From contig CAYOXJ010000001.1 in NCBI GenBank assembly GCA_964407905.1, forward strand, positions 25,752 to 60,744: DNA of 34,993 nt. Reading direction: 5' to 3'. Source of the stretch: an uncultured Thermoplasmata archaeon (GTDB lineage Archaea; Thermoplasmatota; Thermoplasmata; UBA10834). The notes under the pieces were generated by a model. It made no database searches, was not told where the DNA came from, and was given only the letters and a program-made list of their open reading frames with translations. Of this stretch, positions 25,637 to 32,012 are shown piece after piece. The first letter of the stretch is position 1. Each line of letters begins with the position of its first letter. The position numbers and the translations under genes are program-made.

Positions 25637-26425
25637 TCACGCACCTCCTATCCCAAAGCTCTGTGCGCTCCGGTAGAGGGGCGTTGCGCCTTCTATGCGA
25701 GAGAGCCTCACCAAATCGCGATCCTTGAGCGTCACAATATGCTGCAAGATCTTTGTTGCGGGCAGATTCAGAGTTGCTGCAAGTTCTTTCACAGAAACTG
25801 GCCTATCAGATGCGGCGAGCAATATCTCTATTCGCGCAAATTCGTCATCCATTACTGAGTCGAGCAATGCATCCAGTTCCTCTTCGGGTATCTTCTTTCC
25901 GAAGACATTCCCCTTCTCGGAGAACTCGACATATTTGCCGAGCAGAGACCGAATCCTGACGTCTTCGACAACATTTTTCGCTGCGAACAGAAGCCTGAGT
26001 TTCTTGATGTCAGGATGTTCACCACTCACTGGACTTGGACCGAGCTCAGAGATCTGCTTTGTGAACTCCGTCATGAGCTTTGCAAAACGTTCTCCTTCTG
26101 ATGCACTCACCCATTCGAGCCTCAAGCGCTCCGGCTCGAAGCCGCATTTTGCCAGAAGTCTCCTGGCGACCTTCATGCGCTGCTGCGCGAAATAGTTGCC
26201 CTTGATGTAGTGGCAGTCGCCAATATGACATCCGCCAACAAACACACCGTCCGCGCCCTGAATGAACATTTCTAGGACGATGTCCGGGTCAACGCGTGCG
26301 CTGCACATGACCTTGACAATTCTTATTTCTGGCGGATATTGGTACCTGCTCACTCCAGCGAGATCCGCGCCAGCATAGCTGCACCAATTGCACATGAAAC
26401 CTATGAGTTTCGGTTCGAAGGGCAT
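25637..26425 (-). CDS. mvhD: MvhD-type [2Fe-2S] protein fused to a winged-helix-like C-terminal extension (copy b)
   Basis: 262 aa. It has FMCNWCSYAGADLAG, VMCSARVDP and GCHIGDCHY. The C-terminus has EKGNVFGKKI...VSVKELAATLNLPATKILQHIVTLKDRDLVRL. Confidence 0.85.
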   Translation of the reverse strand: MPFEPKLIGFMCNWCSYAGADLAGVSRYQYPPEIRIVKVMCSARVDPDIVLEMFIQGADGVFVGGCHIGDCHYIKGNYFAQQRMKVARRLLAKCGFEPERLRLEWVSASEGERFAKLMTEFTKQISELGPSPVSGEHPDIKKLRLLFAAKNVVEDVRIRSLLGKYVEFSEKGNVFGKKIPEEELDALLDSVMDDEFARIEILLAASDRPVSVKELAATLNLPATKILQHIVTLKDRDLVRLSRIEGATPLYRSAQSFGIGGA

Positions 26426-26429
26426 CTTT

Positions 26430-26702
26430 CTACCTCCCTATTGTGCCTGACATGAGCCCACGCACGCAGAGCATGAAATTGCACTCGTCGGTCAGTCTTC
26501 GTTCGCAAGTGTGACAGCGCAACGCGATGAGGAGGTTCCTCAGTATCAGACTCTTTGTCTCAGCATCTACATTGGGCAGCGAGGTCTCTGCCATCTCCAA
26601 GCTCTCATGCTGGACTCTCCCCCAACGCGGCAGAGTTGAGAAGTGTTTCTTGAACAGCCAAGCGGTCCTTATTGCGTTCACCTCGTCCTTCTCGTTCTTC
26701 AC
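26430..26702 (-). CDS. Hypothetical 90-aa protein with a C-terminal CxxC...C-x5-C motif (coding status uncertain)
   Basis: The ORF exactly fills the space between hdrA-b(C) and mvhD-b. Its GTG start forms a GTGA overlap with the hdrA-b(C) stop, and it ends 4 nt before the mvhD-b ATG. It contains RCHTCERRLTDECNFMLC. I recognise no homologue. Confidence 0.4.
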   Translation of the reverse strand: MKNEKDEVNAIRTAWLFKKHFSTLPRWGRVQHESLEMAETSLPNVDAETKSLILRNLLIALRCHTCERRLTDECNFMLCVRGLMSGTIGR

Positions 26703-28576
26703 AGGACCACCTCTTTGATCCCCGCCAAACCTTCGACGATGAGTTGTTCATCTGTATAGTGCAGCATTGTGATGGCCTTCTCAGGACACCCTGCTCCGCA
26801 CGCACCACAGCCCTTGCATGCAGCCTTGATCACCTTTGCCTTCATACCTTTGGGACCGCGTTCCACCGTGATTGCCGAGTACGGGCAAAGCGTTGCACAG
26901 ATTCCGCACCCTACACACGAGTCTGTGTCCACATCTGAGGCAATTGCCTCAGCGAGAACGTAGCCTTTGCTGAGAGGTATCGCAGCCCTTGACGCCGCTG
27001 CGGCCGCCTGCGTCACACATTCCGTGATATCGGATGGACCTCTGCAAGTCCCGCAGACATAGATGCCGTCCGTCGCGAAGTCAACTGGTCTCAGCTTCAC
27101 ATGCGCCTCCAGGAAGAACCCTTCCTGGCCCAGGGGTACCTTGAGCTTCTGCGACAGCTCGCCGGCATCTGGCTGGGCGACCAATGGTGTCGACAGGATG
27201 ACCATGTCGACAGCCATCGTCCTCTCGAGCTTCAGGGTCTCGTGGAAGTAGCCCACTGTCAGCTGGTTTCCTTCCATGAAGACCTTGGGCGCGTTTTCCG
27301 GGATGTATCTGACGAACTTGATTCTCTTCTCCCTCGCCTTGTTGTAGGTCAGCTCGTGCTCGACGCCGTAGGCCATGACGTCCCTGTTGAACACGGTGAT
27401 TTCTATTTTCTCAGAAGGCCCGAGCTTGACCTCCTCAGCCCCAGCTTCCTCACCTCTCTCGCGTCCGCGCCTTCTGCGCCTGCGCTCAAGGATCTCCTCG
27501 GGGGCCTTCTGCTCGACAGGTATCTTCTCGACGACCGTGCCCTCCTTCTCCATCAGGCCGAGCATGTTCTCGTAGTTGTCCACTATGTTCATCGCGTTTT
27601 TGACAGCGACGTTGCAGCAGATTCTTGAGCAGTAGCTCTTGACCTGGCCCCTCGAGCCGACGCATTGAATGAATGCGACGTTCTTGAGCTTCGGGAGCGT
27701 CTTCTTCTTGCAGAGTATCTCGAACTCGGTCAGCGTGACGACGTTGGGGTATTGGTTGTATCCGTACAGGCCCTCAGGAACGAACTCGAGGGCACCCGTT
27801 GCGACTATGATTGTTCCGACCTTCGCCTTCGTGTCCTCTGCGCCCTTGGTTCCTATGACGATGTCGTAATTGCCGATGAACCCCTGAACCGCCTTGAGCG
27901 TGGAGTTCATGTAGAGCTTGATGTTCTTGTGCGCCCCGACCTCCTCGATGAGCGGCTTGATGGTCTCGGTTGCGCTCTTCTCTGTGACGTAGAGGTTGTT
28001 CAGATTCCTCACGAAGCCGCCAAGCTCGTTCTCTTTCTCGATCAGATGAACCGGAAATCCCATGTCTGCCAGAGACAACGCGGCAGTCATGCCAGATACC
28101 CCACCACCTATCACCAGTGCTGCGGCGGTCACATCGACTTTCTCCTCTTCCTGCGGCTCGAGCAGCCTCGCCCTGGCGACGCCCATCCTGATCAGATCCC
28201 TGGCCTTCTTGGTCGCCTTGTCCTTCTCCTTCATGTGCACCCAAGAGCACTGCTCGCGGATGTTGACGAATGTGAACAGATACTTGTTCAGGCCTGCGCT
28301 CTCACAGGTCGCCTGGAATAGCGGCGCGTGGGTTCTTGGAGTGCAGCTGGCCACTATCACCCTGTTCAGGTTGTGCTTCTTGATCCCTTCCCTTATGTCG
28401 TTCAGACCATCCTCGGCGCAAGTGTAAAGATTGTCAGTAGCGTAGACAACGTCAGGGAGCGTCTTCGCGTACTCCGCGACCGACGGAACATCGACAAATC
28501 CACCGATGTTCGAACCACAATGGCATACGAACACGCCGATTCTCGGCCCTTGCTTGCTCTCAGTCTTCTCAGCCAT
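26699..28576 (-). CDS. hdrA: HdrA-like flavoprotein, copy b C-module as a separate gene (625 aa)
   Basis: It starts MAEKTESKQGPRIGVFVCHCGSNIGG, the HdrA N-domain. It continues with ASCTPRTH, VIGGGVSGM, CVGSRGQVKSYCSRICC and a C-terminal CVGCGICATLCP/CKGCGACGAGCP. GGAGGGG lies about 10 nt upstream of the ATG. Confidence 0.9.
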   Translation of the reverse strand: MAEKTESKQGPRIGVFVCHCGSNIGGFVDVPSVAEYAKTLPDVVYATDNLYTCAEDGLNDIREGIKKHNLNRVIVASCTPRTHAPLFQATCESAGLNKYLFTFVNIREQCSWVHMKEKDKATKKARDLIRMGVARARLLEPQEEEKVDVTAAALVIGGGVSGMTAALSLADMGFPVHLIEKENELGGFVRNLNNLYVTEKSATETIKPLIEEVGAHKNIKLYMNSTLKAVQGFIGNYDIVIGTKGAEDTKAKVGTIIVATGALEFVPEGLYGYNQYPNVVTLTEFEILCKKKTLPKLKNVAFIQCVGSRGQVKSYCSRICCNVAVKNAMNIVDNYENMLGLMEKEGTVVEKIPVEQKAPEEILERRRRRRGRERGEEAGAEEVKLGPSEKIEITVFNRDVMAYGVEHELTYNKAREKRIKFVRYIPENAPKVFMEGNQLTVGYFHETLKLERTMAVDMVILSTPLVAQPDAGELSQKLKVPLGQEGFFLEAHVKLRPVDFATDGIYVCGTCRGPSDITECVTQAAAAASRAAIPLSKGYVLAEAIASDVDTDSCVGCGICATLCPYSAITVERGPKGMKAKVIKAACKGCGACGAGCPEKAITMLHYTDEQLIVEGLAGIKEVVL

Positions 28577-28582
28577 CTGAAA

Positions 28583-29893
28583 TCACGCCCCTCCCGCCTG
28601 GGCAGTGGCCTGTGCCATGACCTCAACCGCCTTTGCGGCAGCGCTCGAGCCCTGGGCGACGCTTTCTGGTATGTCCGCTGGTCCTGCGCAGTAGCCGGCC
28701 AAGTACATGCCGGGGACGACGGTCCTGCCGAAGTCAAGTATCCTGTCGGTTGATTCCAGGAATCCGAATTCGTCGGTCTTCAGTCCCAGGATCTTGGCAA
28801 GCTCCAATGTCTCCTTTCTCGGGACGAGAGTGGTCGCGAGGACTACCATGTCGAACTCCTCGGACTGTTGCCTCCCGCCCACGTCGAACACAACAATCGG
28901 GTTATGGGTTTCGGGGTTCTCCTGAACGGTAGCGTCTGAGTTGATGTATCTCACACCGTAGTCGCGCTTGGCCCTTTCGATGTACTCGTAGAATCCCTTG
29001 GCGCACGCTCGCATGTCCTTGTAGAAGATGGTCGACTCCATGTCGTCGTGGTGCTCGCGTGCCAACATTGACTCCTTGGTGGAGTGCATGCAGCACACCG
29101 AACAGCAGTACGGATGTCCAACCTGCGGGTTTCTCGAGCCCACGCACTGGATGAACGCCATCTTCATGGGTCTCTTCTTGTCTGATCTGCGCTCGATGTG
29201 TCCATGGGTCGGGCCCGCGGCATTGATCATCCGCTCGTATTCCATCGCCGTGAAGACGTTCGGGTACTTGCCGTACCCGTACTCCGTCGACGAGGAGGGG
29301 TCCCAGACGTCATAGCCAGTTGCGACTATTATCGCGCCGACCTCGATCTCCAGCATCTGGTCCTTCATCTCGTAGTCGATCGCCTCTCTCTTGCAGGCCT
29401 TCTTGCAGTTCCCGCACTTGCCCTTGGTGAACATGATGCAGTTCTCTTTGTCGATCGTCATGACTCTGGGCACTGCCTGCATGAAGGGCATGTATATCGC
29501 CTTCCTGTTGGCGAGCCCCATCTCGAACTCGTTCGGGACCTTGCTCGGGCACTTCTCGAGGCATTCTCCGCAGCCAGTGCATTTCGTCTCGTCCACGAAC
29601 CTGGCCTTCTTAAGCACCTTGACTCTGAATCCGCCAGCCTTCCCCTCGACTCCGACCGCCTCCGCGTATGTGATGACGTTTGTGTTTGGGTGGCTGAAGC
29701 AGTCCGCCATCTTCGGTGCCAGAATGCATATCGAACAGTCGTTCGTCGGGAACGTCTTGTCCAGCTGTGCCATTCGTCCGCCGATGCTGGGCGTCTTCTC
29801 GATTAAGTGGACTATTATTCCCTTGTCAGCGAGGTCAAGGGCCGCCTGTATCCCAGCGACTCCTCCCCCGATCACCATCACAGACCTCTCCAT
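28583..29893 (-). CDS. hdrA: HdrA-like flavoprotein, copy b N-module as a separate gene (436 aa)
   Basis: VIGGGVAGIQAALDLADKG, DKTFPTNDCSICILAPKM, an inserted ferredoxin-like region (CTGCGECLEKCP, then the divergent CIMFTKGKCGNCKKAC) and CVGSRNPQVGHPYCCSVCC. It ends at the position that is the inter-module linker in the fused copies. AAGGAGG lies upstream of the ATG. Confidence 0.9.
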   Translation of the reverse strand: MERSVMVIGGGVAGIQAALDLADKGIIVHLIEKTPSIGGRMAQLDKTFPTNDCSICILAPKMADCFSHPNTNVITYAEAVGVEGKAGGFRVKVLKKARFVDETKCTGCGECLEKCPSKVPNEFEMGLANRKAIYMPFMQAVPRVMTIDKENCIMFTKGKCGNCKKACKREAIDYEMKDQMLEIEVGAIIVATGYDVWDPSSSTEYGYGKYPNVFTAMEYERMINAAGPTHGHIERRSDKKRPMKMAFIQCVGSRNPQVGHPYCCSVCCMHSTKESMLAREHHDDMESTIFYKDMRACAKGFYEYIERAKRDYGVRYINSDATVQENPETHNPIVVFDVGGRQQSEEFDMVVLATTLVPRKETLELAKILGLKTDEFGFLESTDRILDFGRTVVPGMYLAGYCAGPADIPESVAQGSSAAAKAVEVMAQATAQAGGA

Positions 29894-30014
29894 CCAAAGA
29901 CCTCCTTAGACCCTTGCTTGTCAGATTCTCATTATCTTGCCAGTCACAGTTGCGAGTCAGGGCAGCCTCTTTCCGTAAACCATACTTTGTAATATGTGTT
30001 TCGTTGAATGGCTG

Positions 30015-30392
30015 TCACTTCGCGAGTAGGCTCTGCACCTCCTTTCCCTTCTCGATTTCCGTGACCTTCACTTTGAACGGCGCCTTCTTCTTCTGCACCT
30101 CTCTTGCGAACCTCTGGCAGTTCGGATAGGTACATGGGGAGCACTTCTTGTCCTTGCAGGAGAGCTCGATCAGGACCAAACGCTCTCTCGTGTCCTGAGG
30201 CTTCGTCATCGGCTTCTTGATCTCGAACGTCTTCGTCATTCGGGTCTCGAAAGGCACCTTCTTGGGGACCGTTCTGACAAATCTCTGGCAGTTAGGATAG
30301 GTGCACGGGGAGCACTTCCGGTCTTTGCACGAGAGCTCGACCAGGAGATACCTATCCACTTCTCCCTCCGTTTTCTGTGCTTGCGGGTTCAT
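30015..30392 (-). CDS. Small basic protein made of two tandem ~57-aa repeats, each with a C-x4-C-x2-C-x4-C motif; function unknown
   Basis: 125 aa. Repeat 1 is LLVELSCKDRKCSPCTYPNCQRFVRTVPKKVPFE. Repeat 2 is LVLIELSCKDKKCSPCTYPNCQRFAREVQKKKAPFK. GGAG lies 8 nt upstream of the ATG. It starts 18 nt downstream of the mvhD-hdrCB stop. Confidence 0.65.
   Translation of the reverse strand: MNPQAQKTEGEVDRYLLVELSCKDRKCSPCTYPNCQRFVRTVPKKVPFETRMTKTFEIKKPMTKPQDTRERLVLIELSCKDKKCSPCTYPNCQRFAREVQKKKAPFKVKVTEIEKGKEVQSLLAK
30112..30175 (-). repeat. Intragenic direct repeat, unit 2 (encodes the second Cys4 motif)
   Basis: This 64-nt block matches 30283-30346 at about 56 of 64 positions in my hand alignment. 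The offset is 171 nt, which is 57 codons. Confidence 0.8.
30283..30346 (-). repeat. Intragenic direct repeat, unit 1 (encodes the first Cys4 motif)
   Basis: See 30112-30175. CTCTGGCAGTTAGGATAGGTGCACGGGGAGCACTTCCGGTCTTTGCACGAGAGCTCGACCAGGA aligns with CTCTGGCAGTTCGGATAGGTACATGGGGAGCACTTCTTGTCCTTGCAGGAGAGCTCGATCAGGA. Confidence 0.8.
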
Positions 30393-30410
30393 AGTATTTC
30401 TCCGTACTGC

Positions 30411-32012
30411 TCATTCGAGCGCTTCTGCGACGACCACGCTCAGGTCCTTGATCGGGATCTCGATCTGCTCCTTTGGCGTCTGCGTCTTGTTGTTCACGAT
30501 GGCACAGCTCAGGTGTATCAGGCACTTGTAGCAGCCTGTCACGAGACATCCCGCGCCGGACTTCTTGGCCTCTTTGAGCCTCTCGACCTGGAGCTTCCGG
30601 GATATCTCATCGCAGGTGGCCCACGCGCTGACGCCGCAGCACACAGCCTTGTCCCTCGTGTTCTCCATCTCCACTAGCTGCGTGCCCTCGACAGCCTTCA
30701 GAGCATTCCTGGGCGCGTCGAAGATGCCAAGGTGTCTGCCCAGCCTGCATGAATCCTGAAAGGTGAATTTCCCGGTGCCCTTCTTGAACCTCAGCTTGCC
30801 CTCTTGCACGAGATCGTCGATCAGTTCTGAAATATGCATCATCTCGAAGTCGAAGTCCCCCATGAAGTCCTGGTAGTCCAAGTTGAAAGTGCGCATGCAC
30901 TCAGGGCACGAGAACACGACCTTCTTCGCGCCCGAAGCCTTTATGAGCTCGACATTCTTCTTCATCAGTTTCTGAAGGCTGGCCTCGTCGCCTATCCAGT
31001 TGAGGTCATGTCCGCAGCATACTTCGTCGTTGCTGACGACCGGGACAATGCCCGCCCTGTTCATAATCTTTACTGCAGCCTGGGGTATGCCAGCGAGTTT
31101 GAGATCTTCCCTGTCCTTGAATATTGAATCGTAATAGGATACGCAGCCCGTGAAGTAGAAGACATCGCCCTTGTCGGATATCTTGAGCTCGGGCGTCATC
31201 CAGCCGATGCGGTTCTGCTTCAGTTTGCTGTTCGCCTGGATGCGCATGACCGCTTGGATGATACCTCCCTGAGAACAAACGGCCTCATTCCCCAACGCAG
31301 AGGCCTCGGCTCTCATGCCCCTGATGAAGCCCGAGTAATCGACCTTGTAGGGACACATCGCGTTGCACTGTTCACAGGTCACGCAGGTCCAAACATCGCG
31401 ATTCGTCGCGACATTGTCAACGATGCCCTCCATGGCCTTGAGCACGATTGTCCTCGGGGCGAAGTTCGGGTTGTATTTCGCGACTGGGCACACGGTAGTG
31501 CACTTGCCGCACTCGACACAGTCGAACGCACCAGTGTCTTCAATCAGCTGGTCAATCTTCTTCTTCAGGTTGGCGGGATTGCTCTTTCTCGACTGCGCCC
31601 TTGGGAGCGGATTCGGTCCGATGACCCGGATCTGCTCAGTGAACTCCCTCATTGTGGCAGCGAACTTCTGCCCCTCCGAGGCGGATATCCATTCGAGCCT
31701 CATGCGGTTCCTGCCGAGGCCTAGTTTGTCCAAGACTTCCATCGTAGAGGCCATTCGCTTCTCGGCCTCGACATTCCCCTTGACGTAGTGACAGTCCCCT
31801 ATGTGACAGCCGGCGACAAGAACGCCATCCGCTCCAAGTTCGAGCGCCTTCAGGACGAAGTACGGTTCCACGCGGCCCGAGCACATGACTCTGATGATCC
31901 TCGCATTGGCAGGATACTGCATCCTGGAGACGCCCGCGAGGTCTGCACCTGCGTATGAGCACCAGTTGCAGCAGAAGGCGACTATGTTCGGCTCGAACTT
32001 CGCGTCCGTCAT
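30411..32012 (-). CDS. Triple fusion MvhD-HdrC-HdrB (MvhD [2Fe-2S] domain + 2x[4Fe-4S] ferredoxin + two CCG domains)
   Basis: 533 aa. The MvhD part has FCCNWCSYAGADLAG, VMCSGRVEP and GCHIGDCHY. The HdrC-like part has CVECGKCTTVCP and CVTCEQCNAMCP. The HdrB-like CCG motifs are GCVSYYD...EVCCGHD...SCPECM and DSCRLGRH...AVCCGVS...GCYKCL. The ATG overlaps the hdrA-a stop (ATGA). Confidence 0.85.
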   Translation of the reverse strand: MTDAKFEPNIVAFCCNWCSYAGADLAGVSRMQYPANARIIRVMCSGRVEPYFVLKALELGADGVLVAGCHIGDCHYVKGNVEAEKRMASTMEVLDKLGLGRNRMRLEWISASEGQKFAATMREFTEQIRVIGPNPLPRAQSRKSNPANLKKKIDQLIEDTGAFDCVECGKCTTVCPVAKYNPNFAPRTIVLKAMEGIVDNVATNRDVWTCVTCEQCNAMCPYKVDYSGFIRGMRAEASALGNEAVCSQGGIIQAVMRIQANSKLKQNRIGWMTPELKISDKGDVFYFTGCVSYYDSIFKDREDLKLAGIPQAAVKIMNRAGIVPVVSNDEVCCGHDLNWIGDEASLQKLMKKNVELIKASGAKKVVFSCPECMRTFNLDYQDFMGDFDFEMMHISELIDDLVQEGKLRFKKGTGKFTFQDSCRLGRHLGIFDAPRNALKAVEGTQLVEMENTRDKAVCCGVSAWATCDEISRKLQVERLKEAKKSGAGCLVTGCYKCLIHLSCAIVNNKTQTPKEQIEIPIKDLSVVVAEALE

